Shown: piece after piece, positions 37,801-47,020 of the stretch | Numbering within the stretch: position 1 is the stretch's first letter | Layout of the letters: the number at the start of each line of letters is the position of its first letter | Source of the DNA: an uncultured delta proteobacterium | GTDB taxonomy: Bacteria > Desulfobacterota > WTBG01 > CAIYCZ01 > CAIRTM01 | Length of the DNA: 64,000 bases | NCBI GenBank assembly: GCA_903881505.1 | Contig: CAIRTM010000011.1 | Span: 5,612 to 69,611 of the forward strand | Direction: 5' to 3' | Translations under genes and position numbers: made by a program | The notes under the pieces: model-generated | What the model was told of the DNA's origin: nothing | The model's input: the letters and a program-made list of their open reading frames with translations, nothing else | Databases searched by the model: none

Positions 37801-40800
37801 GTTGACATCATTGACCGCATTGACAGGATCAACAACAACATGGATATAGTTGCTGCCCAGCTGACCGTGCGTGTCCCACGGTTTGAAAACAATATCGCTT
37901 GCACCGGGCGCAAGCGATCCCAGCGCCTGATCGGACCCGATCGGCTCAGTGCCGTTCAGGAAGCGAACCGAGGTCGGGGCGGACGCGATGAGGCCGATAT
38001 TACGCACCCGGGCCGCGATGAGGACCGTGCGGCCCTCATCAGGCGCTTCGGGGCTGAACATGATATCCGTGCCTGCAATCGCAAGATCGGCAACAACATC
38101 GGACGTGTTCTCAACAACGAACGCACCCACGCCATAGCCCGGAACACCTTCAATGGTCCGCGCTTCGATGCTGACGATATCGGTACCGGCCGAATGAGCG
38201 GCGCTCAGCACATGGGTGCCGATAAACACCCCGCCAATCTTGGCAAATGCGATGCTGTGGGTGCTGCCTTCGTATTCGGTGACGCTGCCCGAGACCTGCT
38301 GCACCTGAAAGGCATCCTCTTCGGGTTCGACGGTTACAATCACCGTATCACCGGGCTGATAAGCAGGCTTATCAAACGATATCGCCAGCTCAGGCCCCGG
38401 GGTATAGTCAGCCAACGCAAGGGCCCTGACCGCATAACCTGTAGGGTTTGTGCTGCTGCGCAGCCCTGGCAGTATCGGCCAGCCGCCGTCAGCATTCTGC
38501 ACGGCCAGCAGCCATTGCACGGCACGTGCGGTTCCTACCCCCTGGTTATCGGTCTGGATCAGGGCAAGAAGGACGCAGGCTGTATCCTGAACCGTGCTTT
38601 CATACTCGCCCCAGCCGCCATCCGCATTCTGACGCTGCTGCAGCCAGGCAACAGCGTCATCGACCTCTGTCTGGTAACCACCAAACTTGTTAAGTATTTT
38701 TAAACTGTTGGCAGCATGAGAAATAGTTTCCCAATTGACTGTACCTGTCTTCTGGAGCAGAAGCCACTCAATTGCCTGCTCTGCAAGGTCTCTCTGCGCG
38801 CCGGTAAGCATGACACCATCAGACAGCAAACCCAGCACGCAAAGAATCGTAGGATTGATTTCTGACGGACCCCCGCCTGCAAGACTGTACCGGTACCAGC
38901 CGCCATCGTCATTCTGCTGTCCAAAGAGATATTGAATCACTCCAGCCATGGCGTCAGTTTTGCCGCTGACATTTAGCCCTGTTTGACCCAAAGCCCTGAG
39001 AACTGCTGCGCCCGCAGTAAGATGGTGCTGGGGAATCATGGAAAACTGTATGTGCCAGTTGCCATTGCTTTTCTGCGTGCTGATAATACGGACAAGTGCC
39101 TCCACTATTGTTGCATTGTATCCGCCGGCATCATTCATGCTATCCAATGCAAGAAGTGCCAGTGATGTGGGGATGGCCTGGTCATAGGGGTTTTGAAAAT
39201 CTCCATCCGGCTCAACCATCATGGTCTTAAGCCATTGAAACGCCTTCCTGATGGCTGCCCCGCCGCCTGTGTCACTGCTGCGATACAGGCTTATGACAGA
39301 CTCTGCCGTCATACGAGGAGACTCCAGCGGCGTAGCTGATGGCTTTTCATCAACCCAGCCGCCATTCGCAGACTGAAGGGCCTTCAGGTCGTTCATCGTG
39401 GCCGCTATATCGCCGGCATTTCGTCCGGTGTAAAAAAGCATGGCAAGATAAGCGCTTTTATAATTGGCAACACTCCATATGTTGTCCCTGTACCAATTGA
39501 CCGCCTGTGTAATTGCCGCCTGACCGGCACTGTCGCTTTCATGGCAGGCCCAATGCAGACCGGCAACGGCATAATGCATATTCGTAGGCGCACTTGCCTC
39601 TCCGGCATAGAACCCCCAAAACCCGTCAGGGTTACGGCTGTCGAGCAGCCATTGCCGTGCTGCCTGCACTGCAGGATCCTCACGGCTTACCCCGGCTTCC
39701 ATTAAAGCCCACAGGGCATGCCCTGTATCCCGCACCGGAGAACTGTTCAACACGCCATCATCCCGCAAATACCTTTGCAGCCATATGAGTGCATTACTGA
39801 TGACAGGTGATGAAATATCCTCTCCAACAGCAACCAGGGCCAGAACTGAGTCTGCTGTTGCAGAAACGTTGTTTTCCCAGCTGCCGTTGGTTGCCTGCGT
39901 TTCACGAACACGCCGCAGAATCGTCGCATACATGCCGCTAAACTCGGGATCGAGGTAGCGGCCTGAGATATGCAGGGCATGAAGCGCAGCAGCATTGGCC
40001 CGCGCTGGAGCAAAATCTTCCCATCCGCCAAGGCTGTGCTGATGCTCAACGAGCCACTGGACGCCCTGAGAGACAGCCCTGTCCTTGAGGTTCTGTGAAT
40101 ACGCGATGGCAACAGTGGCAGCGGCGGTATTGTTTGCCTCATTGCTCTCGGCCAGCCGGCCCTGACCGGTTCCGTCGTCGTCAACCACGACAAACAGGTG
40201 ATACTCTCCTTCGACCGGATCTTCCCAGATAAGCGTGACATCTGCATACGCGCCCGAGGCAAGCCCGGAGGCTGTCTGCTCAACGCCGAGCAGTATGGCG
40301 CCCTGAGCCGGATCGCCGCTATAAAAGGCGACATCAATGCCGGGATCAACATCCACGGTGCCGGTATTGCTGACACTCACAGTTATTGCAGCACTGTCGG
40401 GCAGATTGTTCGGATTGCGACGGACACGCGAAGCCGCAAGATCAAGCACGGGATCTTCTTCAGGCACACCCACGGTGAGCGCAAACGATGCGCTGTTGTT
40501 GGCTGTGCCGGATTCCGGCACGAATCCACCCGGATCTGCGACAACATGCAGTGTGTGAGCGCCTGCCGGCAGGGAAATTGAAAAGGAGGCCGGTGCGCTG
40601 GCGTCGGCGGCAACCAGCGGCAGATTCACCCGGCCAAGTTCGGGGCTGGTGTCAGGCGGTCCGCTGTATACAGCCGCTTCGACATCGTAGGCCTCATGCG
40701 TACCGATATTGTGTATAACGGCATCCAGTGTGAAGGATTCTCCGGGCAGAAGAGGGCCGGAGTCAACCGAGAGGTCATCTGCAGTTATTGACAGATCGGG

Positions 40801-43422
40801 CGAACTGACCAGCAAGGTCATACTGACTGTATTATTGTATTCATTCGTTTCTGTAATTGCGTCCTGAGAGTCGGCTTGCACGAAGACGCTCTGCGAAGCG
40901 GCAAGCAGCGCAGCCCGAGCGGAAAAAGCGAGACTGACACACGAGTGAACCTCAAGCGAATCAACCCTCGCAACGGCAATCGGCTGCATACCATCATGCG
41001 GCTGCCCTGCATCCAGGGCGATATCAAAAGGATCAGTAACCGGCCGCGAGCCCTGATTGCACACCGTAGCGTACATGGTTACGTCGTCGTCAATAGACGG
41101 TGCTGACGGAGAGAACGCGAGGCTGTCCGCACTGATCGCGAGATCGGGTCCCGGGTCATGGATAACCGCGAATGAACCCCAGGCACTATTGTTCTCCTCA
41201 TCCACTTCGGCAAAGCTTTCTTCAGGATCCACGAACGCATACAGGGTCTGCTCGCCGCCGCGGCCAGCAGTGTCGAACACGCCGCTTGCGTACAGCGACT
41301 GCCCCGCGCCGAGCCAGGCAATCGTCGGAAGGCTATCAAGAACCAACCTGCCGCCGCCGAGCGGATCGCCGTCATACACGCCGAACGCGACGCCTGCAAG
41401 GCCTACATTGCCGTGATTGGTGATCCTGCACCTGACAATAGCGGGATCGCCTGCATGAGGCATGGCAGGGGTTATGGTTAGAGCATCAACACCAAGATCA
41501 ACAACATCCAGAACGCCCAGAACATTCAGTGCTGCATACGCGATATTATTTGACGGTGTTTCGTCCTGCTGTGCCGGAGAGACAGTGACGGCCGCGAAGA
41601 TGCGGTAGGCGCCGGGATCAAGACTCACGCCATCCAGTGTGAGCGTAACGCTGCCACCGGCGCTGACCTCAACACCGCTGAAGGCATGCAGCAACGCGGC
41701 TGATTGCGCGGCATCAACAGCAAACAGCTCCACCACGGCATCCCTGGCGGCGACATCGCCCCTGTTGCGGATTAGGGCTGAAATGCTGATCTGTTCGTCT
41801 TCCCGCGGATAGGCCGGTAAAAAGGAAAGGCCGGATTGTTCAACCGCAAGATCGAGGCCCTGAATCACGCCCGGCATAACCGTGAACGGGCAGGCTTTGT
41901 CATTGTTATCGACGTGTTCTTCAACAACCCCGGGGCCTGCGGAAACCGACACCACGTATCCATAGGCACCGGCCGGCATGGTCAGTTCAAAATCAGCCCG
42001 GCCGCTGCAGCCTCCGCAGACATTATTGAGCGCAACCTCGAGCAAGGGAGCGCTTGCAGCCGGATTGCCCTCATACAGACCCACGGTGACAGGGCCGGCA
42101 TCGCTTTCACCCAGGTTGTGAACCTGCGCTGCAAGCGTGAATGGCTCATCCGCCAGCAGCGCTGCATGGTTCAGCTCAATGCCCGCGATGATCAGGTCAG
42201 GCAGAGTGCCGGCTGTCAGACTTTTAACCGCCACATTGTCGGCAGTGCTGATTTCCTCAACAAGGTCATGCGGGTCGACAATCACATACAGGTTGGCTCG
42301 GCCCGGCTCGCCGCTCAGCACAAAACCCAGCTGGACACCCGTATTGCCGCCCGGTGCCAGCGATGCAACCTCGCCGCTGGCAAGGAACTGCCCGCCTGCT
42401 TCGGGGTCACCACGGTACAGCTCGATCTCTATGTTTTCAGCCGTACTGCTGCCGGTATTGCGCACCTCACAGGTAACCGTAACCTGCTGGCCTGCAGCAG
42501 GATGAGCGGGCTGCACGCTGATGCCGGATGGATGCACCTGCAGATTCGGAAGGTCGATGCCGGCGCTTGCATGAAGGGCGGCAAGCGCAAGCGCGGTGTC
42601 GCGAACCCGCCCGTTCCAGCTGCCGCTGACCGGGTCCTGAACACTCAGCAGAAAGGCTCGCGCATCGGACACGGCCTGAGACTGGCTGCCTTCAGCCTGG
42701 AGAGCCAGAATCGCCAAAGAGGTTTCAACAACGCTGCTGCCATCCTCGCCGAAACCGCCGTCAACATTCTGATGCCCGGCGATAAAACCCGCCGCCCGCT
42801 CTGCAAATGACGACAGGTTATAGCGCGGCTGCAGCCTGTTCATGACAATGAGCGCCCGGCACGTCACCTCGAGACTTTCCGGGCCGCTGCCGGAATAGGA
42901 AAAAGCGCCGCTGCCCTGCTGACGGGCGGCGAGATATCCAAGGGCCAGACCGATGGCCTCGCCATCAATACCTGCCCCCAAAAGCGCGTCCAGAGCCAGA
43001 ATGCTGTCAATCACAGAGCCGGGATACCCGTCCGAAAAACCGAACCCGCCATCGCTGTTCTGCCGAAGAAGCAATTCGGCAACATCCTGATCAACTGCAT
43101 GCGCGTCATCGGCCAGGGCAATAATTTTATGCGCCCGGCAATCGGTTGAAGCGGGTTGCTGTTCGCTGAGATAGTGCCGCGCCGCTTGCACGTCTATGCC
43201 GCTGTCAGGGAAACGCGATACGGCCCGCAGAACCGCTGCCGTATCGCGCACGGATTCCGGCCCCCAGAGCCCGCTGTCGGGATCCTGCTCTTTGTCAAGC
43301 CATTCCAGTGCAACAGCCAGCTTCTGGGTGTAATCATCGGCATGGGATGCAGAAACCATGCAAAAGACAAAAAATGCAGCCCACGCAGTCCACAGCCCGG
43401 CAAACTTTCGCATTATTGCCAC
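34765..43422 (-). CDS. Giant secreted surface protein (2885 aa). Two blocks of QW/prenyltransferase-like alpha/alpha-toroid repeats, many CARDB-type domains, three PKD-like domains, and a C-terminal choice-of-anchor-A-like domain.
   Basis: Signal peptide MRKFAGLWTAWAAFFVFCMVSASHA. QW-like motifs (QNADGGWGEY, QNDDGGWYRY, HQNVDGGFGEDG, QSANGGWVDEKP). CARDB-like repeats. PKD-like repeats NRPPLAVAGE..ASASYDPDNDTIVQYEWTL. C-terminal LGVAQDYSIFSLG...NISGEHTEV. No CGEQ thioester motif. Confidence 0.85.
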   Translation of the reverse strand: MAIMRKFAGLWTAWAAFFVFCMVSASHADDYTQKLAVALEWLDKEQDPDSGLWGPESVRDTAAVLRAVSRFPDSGIDVQAARHYLSEQQPASTDCRAHKIIALADDAHAVDQDVAELLLRQNSDGGFGFSDGYPGSVIDSILALDALLGAGIDGEAIGLALGYLAARQQGSGAFSYSGSGPESLEVTCRALIVMNRLQPRYNLSSFAERAAGFIAGHQNVDGGFGEDGSSVVETSLAILALQAEGSQSQAVSDARAFLLSVQDPVSGSWNGRVRDTALALAALHASAGIDLPNLQVHPSGISVQPAHPAAGQQVTVTCEVRNTGSSTAENIEIELYRGDPEAGGQFLASGEVASLAPGGNTGVQLGFVLSGEPGRANLYVIVDPHDLVEEISTADNVAVKSLTAGTLPDLIIAGIELNHAALLADEPFTLAAQVHNLGESDAGPVTVGLYEGNPAASAPLLEVALNNVCGGCSGRADFELTMPAGAYGYVVSVSAGPGVVEEHVDNNDKACPFTVMPGVIQGLDLAVEQSGLSFLPAYPREDEQISISALIRNRGDVAARDAVVELFAVDAAQSAALLHAFSGVEVSAGGSVTLTLDGVSLDPGAYRIFAAVTVSPAQQDETPSNNIAYAALNVLGVLDVVDLGVDALTITPAMPHAGDPAIVRCRITNHGNVGLAGVAFGVYDGDPLGGGRLVLDSLPTIAWLGAGQSLYASGVFDTAGRGGEQTLYAFVDPEESFAEVDEENNSAWGSFAVIHDPGPDLAISADSLAFSPSAPSIDDDVTMYATVCNQGSRPVTDPFDIALDAGQPHDGMQPIAVARVDSLEVHSCVSLAFSARAALLAASQSVFVQADSQDAITETNEYNNTVSMTLLVSSPDLSITADDLSVDSGPLLPGESFTLDAVIHNIGTHEAYDVEAAVYSGPPDTSPELGRVNLPLVAADASAPASFSISLPAGAHTLHVVADPGGFVPESGTANNSASFALTVGVPEEDPVLDLAASRVRRNPNNLPDSAAITVSVSNTGTVDVDPGIDVAFYSGDPAQGAILLGVEQTASGLASGAYADVTLIWEDPVEGEYHLFVVVDDDGTGQGRLAESNEANNTAAATVAIAYSQNLKDRAVSQGVQWLVEHQHSLGGWEDFAPARANAAALHALHISGRYLDPEFSGMYATILRRVRETQATNGSWENNVSATADSVLALVAVGEDISSPVISNALIWLQRYLRDDGVLNSSPVRDTGHALWALMEAGVSREDPAVQAARQWLLDSRNPDGFWGFYAGEASAPTNMHYAVAGLHWACHESDSAGQAAITQAVNWYRDNIWSVANYKSAYLAMLFYTGRNAGDIAATMNDLKALQSANGGWVDEKPSATPLESPRMTAESVISLYRSSDTGGGAAIRKAFQWLKTMMVEPDGDFQNPYDQAIPTSLALLALDSMNDAGGYNATIVEALVRIISTQKSNGNWHIQFSMIPQHHLTAGAAVLRALGQTGLNVSGKTDAMAGVIQYLFGQQNDDGGWYRYSLAGGGPSEINPTILCVLGLLSDGVMLTGAQRDLAEQAIEWLLLQKTGTVNWETISHAANSLKILNKFGGYQTEVDDAVAWLQQRQNADGGWGEYESTVQDTACVLLALIQTDNQGVGTARAVQWLLAVQNADGGWPILPGLRSSTNPTGYAVRALALADYTPGPELAISFDKPAYQPGDTVIVTVEPEEDAFQVQQVSGSVTEYEGSTHSIAFAKIGGVFIGTHVLSAAHSAGTDIVSIEARTIEGVPGYGVGAFVVENTSDVVADLAIAGTDIMFSPEAPDEGRTVLIAARVRNIGLIASAPTSVRFLNGTEPIGSDQALGSLAPGASDIVFKPWDTHGQLGSNYIHVVVDPVNAVNDVNRVNNSAVRPIDVVPRSLSDLEVRDTDISFADASPVEGALVSVSAAVRNLGADVDGVTVHFYDSEVAAEKLIAERIIHEIVPHGGSRTASALFDTAGRTGERRIIVQSDPQGMIREQNENNNTGSALIRVVPSGLALELNLDRDQYGYDEDVVITARITNSSPVERTVLLDVAMLDSNGTVAAEPAKGRIVVLPPGGTVVIDDFVWNTGSAPAGQLSVAATLFEDGQRRAAAAAPFVILADRTVGADVSTERRLYYDHAQVRISSVLQSFSPNYAFSGLSAFVELLSPRGDVLYTDEHAVGVLPPLAGRSWEQAWNTARHAPGLYTLNLSVEQDGTPVASDRTHFTIAPSADGGRGLGAFLTAEPAQVHRGQDVALNYGVTNSGNTALDETALVSRAVNTSTRQETTVFETTCMFDGNDCSGTSVLESAGLACGDYVIILSTMIDGTAHNLAFAPLGIINRCPVAVAGENILVHVGDFARLDGSGSYDADGDSISYSWALAASPEGSITRLAGSDIYNPTLLPDRHGAYELRLSVSDGMCRSRSDSVLVTTENRPPLAVAGESLLIEVGETVQLEASASYDPDNDTIVQYEWTLAARPEGSAAELSDRFASDPVFQADMAGVYRLQLVVRDFEYASDPVELEVTTRNRRPLADAGPDREVNEGDAVRLDASASHDPDADPLTYQWAIVNAPEGSTAVLNDSTLPDPVFTADKAGAYIIQLIVNDGELDSIPDTCAITIPNQPVECVDSLGVAQDYSIFSLGPLASQHATVSGRVAAAGDVELENVVMGTYVPHGAPERGVLVSGGDIEYGIGVVHRGSIVASGSVDGVSCMVRRTMARGATVAGNAELPFGFEQESSRFRLLSTRLGGLAPTGTASTCAAVLTLRGSGTNPVQIFNISAQQLRSASSLHLSDIPRNATVIINISGEHTEVSHIGMAVPGWMRGYILFNFFEATSFDCTAVALNGSVLAPLAELTNNSGIISGTVIVKSWQGSMNVGHEPFIGTLPECEPQND

Positions 43423-43818
43423 CCCGCTTTATTCGGCAGCCTTAAGTATATACAACAATGGCCACCCCAGAATTTGTAGATACAAAATATTCACTGGTCA
43501 CTATGGTTTAATAGTGATTGACACTAATATAATGTCGCAAAACAGCCAGTTTTCTTCCCGGACTTTATAAAAATATAAGGTGCAATCTCAGCGAATTTGC
43601 CGGACACTGGCCGGGCGTATACATAGAGGTACAGATGTAGTCCTGAATTTTAAAGGCGGGTTCTTTGGCCTGTACGGCCACAAAATAATGTGCTGTCTTC
43701 CCCTGTGTATAAAAAAAATACACCCCCGTTTCCCGCTTGCGAAAAGCAGAGGAAATACGCTATACTCCCCCCGCAACCGCCGTGAGCGTCAACCGTAACC
43801 CCTGATACGAATTGCGCC

Positions 43819-45282
43819 ATGCTCAGATTTCAGCCCGCGTCTTCGGAACCGGCCGCCTTTAACTGGCAGTCCTTCATTCTGCGGTTCGTCATTCCCATCG
43901 TCCTGACCATCGCCCTGTTCATCCTTGCCATATTTTTCATGCTGATCCCGCTGATTGAAAAAAACAGCATGGACCGCAAACGCGAAATGATACAGGAGCT
44001 GACCCGCTCGGCCTGGAACATTCTGGCCAAACTCGAAAACGACGCGCGCAGCGGCCTGCTGACGCGCGAGCAGGCCCAGCAGCAGGCCATCGAACAGATA
44101 CGCAGCATGCATTACGGCCTTGAGATGAAGGATTACTTCTGGATCAACGACATGCACCCTCGCATGGTGATTCACCCCTACCGCAGCGACCTGAACGGCC
44201 AGGACGTCACCGACTACCAGGACCCGGACGGCAAGTACATCTTCCGTGAAATAGTCGAGACCGTGCGCAACAACGGATCCGGGTTCGTAAGCTACAAGTG
44301 GCAGGCGCGCGATAATAAATACCACATAGTTCCCAAGCTTTCCTACGTCAAGGGGTTTGAGCCCTGGGGATGGATTATCGGAACGGGCATCTATACCGAT
44401 GACGTCAAAGCGGAAATAGCGGCGATCAACCGAAGCGTGATGCTGTTTTCAGGCATTATCCTGATCCTCATGATGCTGCTGATGGGCAGCCTGCTCAGCA
44501 TCAGCTACAAGGCGCACCTGCAGCAGCAGGAAGCAACGGCCGAGCTGCACCAGGCCCAGGCAAGCCTTGCCATTTCCGAAAAAATGGCCTCGCTGGGCAA
44601 GCTTTCGGCCATGGTGGCGCATGAAATCAACAATCCGCTGGCAGGCATCCTGTCGTATGCACGCCTGACCGGGCGCTACTTTGAGAGGCAGGAGGACCTA
44701 AACGAGCATCTTCCCGCGGTCCGGGACAATCTCCGGCTGATAGCCGACGAGGCCAAGCGCTGCGGCAACATCGTCAAGAACCTGCTGCAGTTCGCCCGCC
44801 AGAGCGTCGGCGATGTCGGGCCCACGCATTTGAATGAAATCATTGCAGTCAGCACCCGGGTCATCGACCACAGCGCCCGGATGAAAAACATCGAGCTCAA
44901 AACCGAGCCCGGCCAGGGCGACGATGTGCTGCAGTGCGATGCCGGCGCCATTCAGCAGATCCTGGTCGCCCTGATCGTGAATGCAATCGAGGCATCCCCC
45001 GAAGGCCGTGATATCCTTGTCGCAACCGACTGCACAGATCCTGACTACGTCGGCCTGCGCATCCGCGATTTCGGCTGCGGAATACCCGAGCAGGACCTGC
45101 ATAAAATATTTGAACCGTTTTTCTCAACCAAGGAATCCAACAAAAGCCTCGGTCTGGGCCTGGCAGCCGTGTACGGCATCGTGCGGCGGCATGCCGGCAA
45201 GATCAAGGTCGACTCGCGGCCGGGCAGCGGCACCACATTCACGATACGGCTGCCGCGGCGGCATGTGCCGGATACCGCATGA
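43819..45282 (+). CDS. Sensor histidine kinase with a periplasmic Cache-like domain
   Basis: TM helix, Cache-like sensor (YFWINDMHPRMVIHPY...SYKWQ), second TM, HisKA (MVAHEINNPL), and HATPase_c with N/G boxes. Confidence 0.85.
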   Translation: MLRFQPASSEPAAFNWQSFILRFVIPIVLTIALFILAIFFMLIPLIEKNSMDRKREMIQELTRSAWNILAKLENDARSGLLTREQAQQQAIEQIRSMHYGLEMKDYFWINDMHPRMVIHPYRSDLNGQDVTDYQDPDGKYIFREIVETVRNNGSGFVSYKWQARDNKYHIVPKLSYVKGFEPWGWIIGTGIYTDDVKAEIAAINRSVMLFSGIILILMMLLMGSLLSISYKAHLQQQEATAELHQAQASLAISEKMASLGKLSAMVAHEINNPLAGILSYARLTGRYFERQEDLNEHLPAVRDNLRLIADEAKRCGNIVKNLLQFARQSVGDVGPTHLNEIIAVSTRVIDHSARMKNIELKTEPGQGDDVLQCDAGAIQQILVALIVNAIEASPEGRDILVATDCTDPDYVGLRIRDFGCGIPEQDLHKIFEPFFSTKESNKSLGLGLAAVYGIVRRHAGKIKVDSRPGSGTTFTIRLPRRHVPDTA

Positions 45283-45334
45283 AACTGGCCCTGAAACAAT
45301 ACTGGCGAGTGAACGGAGAGGAGCCCCATCAACC

Positions 45335-46684
45335 ATGAAACCGTCTGATATCGGAATACTGATCGTCGATGACGAAGCCTCGGTGCGCGACGCCCTGCAC
45401 AAATGGTTCGAATTTGACGGCTACCGGGTCGACAGCGCGGCCGACGCGCAGATAGCGCTGCAAAAGCTGCAGGACGCTTCCTGGGACATCGTGCTGCTGG
45501 ATATAAAAATGCCGGGCATGGACGGCCTTGAACTGCAGCGGCGCATCAAGGAAATCGACCGGGACATCATCACCATCATGATCACCGCCTTTGCCTCGGT
45601 CGACACCAGCATTCAGGCGCTCAAGGAGGGAGCGTTCGACTATATCGTCAAGCCGGTCGATCCCGACGACATGGGCCACCTGATCAGAAACGCGGTCGAG
45701 CAGCGCCGGCTCTATTATGAAAACCGGCAGCTGCGCAGCCAGATCGAGGAGCTGAACATCACCGATGACATCGTCGGCCAGAGCGAGCAGCTCAAGGGCG
45801 TGCTTGACAAGGTCGCCACGGTCGCGCCGACCGACTCGACCGTGATGATACGCGGCGAGAGCGGCACGGGCAAGGAGCTGATCGCGCGCGCGATTCACTC
45901 CAACAGCAACCGGCGCTATTTCCCGATCATCACCATCAACTGCGGCGCCTATACCGAGGGACTGCTTGAAAGCGAGCTGTTCGGTCATGAAAAGGGCGCC
46001 TTTACCGGGGCACTGTACCAGCGCCGCGGCAAGCTGGAGATGGCCGACAAGGGAACCATATTCCTGGATGAAATCGGCAACATCGGCATGAAGATGCAGA
46101 TGGACCTGCTGCGGGTGATCGAAACGCGCCAGTTCTGCCGCCTGGGAGGCGACAAAACCATCAGCGTCGACTTCCGCATTATCTGCGCAACCAACAAGGA
46201 TCTGGAGGCCGCGGTGCGCAGCGGCGTATTCCGCGAAGACCTGTACTACCGGCTCAATGTTTTTTCGATCACGCTGCCGCCGCTGCGCGAGCGCACCGGC
46301 GATATCGCCCGGCTGGCCCGGTTCTTCGTCAACAAGTTCTCTCAGGCCATGAATAAAGGCGGCATGGAGATTGCCCCTGAGACCATTGAGCTGCTTGAAC
46401 GCTACAATTGGCCCGGCAACGTGCGCGAACTGCGAAACGCCATCGAACGGGCCGTGGTCAGCGCGCGCGGCGCCACAATCACGCCGGAGGACCTTTCGTT
46501 CCCGCTGCCGGCCACGGCCGGCGATACAGCCGAGGAATCCGCTTCACTTGAGGATATTGAACGCGGACACATCAAGAAAATCCTGCGCGCAACCGGCGGC
46601 AACATTGCGCGGGCCGCATCCATTCTAAAAATAAGCCGCCTGACGCTCTATAAGAAAATCGATAAATACCGCCTCAAAAAATAA
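45335..46684 (+). CDS. Sigma-54-dependent Fis-family response regulator (NtrC type)
   Basis: REC domain (ILIVDDE, D at DIKMPGMDG), AAA+ sigma-54 activation domain (GESGTGKE, GAFTGA, ESELFGHEKGAFTG), C-terminal Fis HTH. The start was refined from the ORF-track 44981 to MKPSDIG, with a GGAGAGGAG RBS. Confidence 0.9.
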   Translation: MKPSDIGILIVDDEASVRDALHKWFEFDGYRVDSAADAQIALQKLQDASWDIVLLDIKMPGMDGLELQRRIKEIDRDIITIMITAFASVDTSIQALKEGAFDYIVKPVDPDDMGHLIRNAVEQRRLYYENRQLRSQIEELNITDDIVGQSEQLKGVLDKVATVAPTDSTVMIRGESGTGKELIARAIHSNSNRRYFPIITINCGAYTEGLLESELFGHEKGAFTGALYQRRGKLEMADKGTIFLDEIGNIGMKMQMDLLRVIETRQFCRLGGDKTISVDFRIICATNKDLEAAVRSGVFREDLYYRLNVFSITLPPLRERTGDIARLARFFVNKFSQAMNKGGMEIAPETIELLERYNWPGNVRELRNAIERAVVSARGATITPEDLSFPLPATAGDTAEESASLEDIERGHIKKILRATGGNIARAASILKISRLTLYKKIDKYRLKK

Positions 46685-46720
46685 GGGGCCGTTCCCCCCT
46701 GCAGGAAGCGGCCCCTTGAG
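46681..46720 (+). terminator. Possible terminator hairpin after the response regulator
   Basis: GGGGCCG...CGGCCCC stem directly after the stop codon. It lacks a strong U-run. Confidence 0.3.
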
Positions 46721-47020
46721 GCATATCAACAACAATGCCCAAACGTGCGTCAGGCGTTCCGTGAGAGGGGCGGCTATGATTGACTGTCCGGCATGGCGAG
46801 CGCTGCGCGCACGCTGAAAATCGGGTGCATCGCGGCCGGATGGGGATACCGGCGGCTGATAGGGTGCCTGACCTGCAAGGCGTCTGCGGAGCTATCGAGG
46901 AGGGGAACAGGGGCGGGATCAAAACCGGACAGCGGGCGGCGGGAGCATGCGGGGGACCGCCCCTCTGACGGAATGCCTGATATTGACTTGTGAAAGAACG
47001 CGAAGTTCTGCCTGACAATT

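Noticed and set aside
35956-38703. 915-aa ORF on the plus strand, antisense to the giant surface-protein gene. Similar long antisense ORFs occur at 3280..3987, 3320..4075, 12567..13430, 14757..15749, 31264..32343 and 41836..42810.
   Set aside because: High GC content generates long stop-free antisense frames. These translations are low-complexity (Arg/Ala/Gly-rich) and lack domain signatures. In each case the opposite strand encodes a protein with clear motifs and a signal peptide.
34765-43422. Calling the giant protein an alpha-2-macroglobulin homolog because of its alpha/alpha-toroid repeats
   Set aside because: No CGEQ thioester motif and no recognisable macroglobulin MG-domain order. The CARDB, PKD and choice-of-anchor-A context fits an adhesin better.
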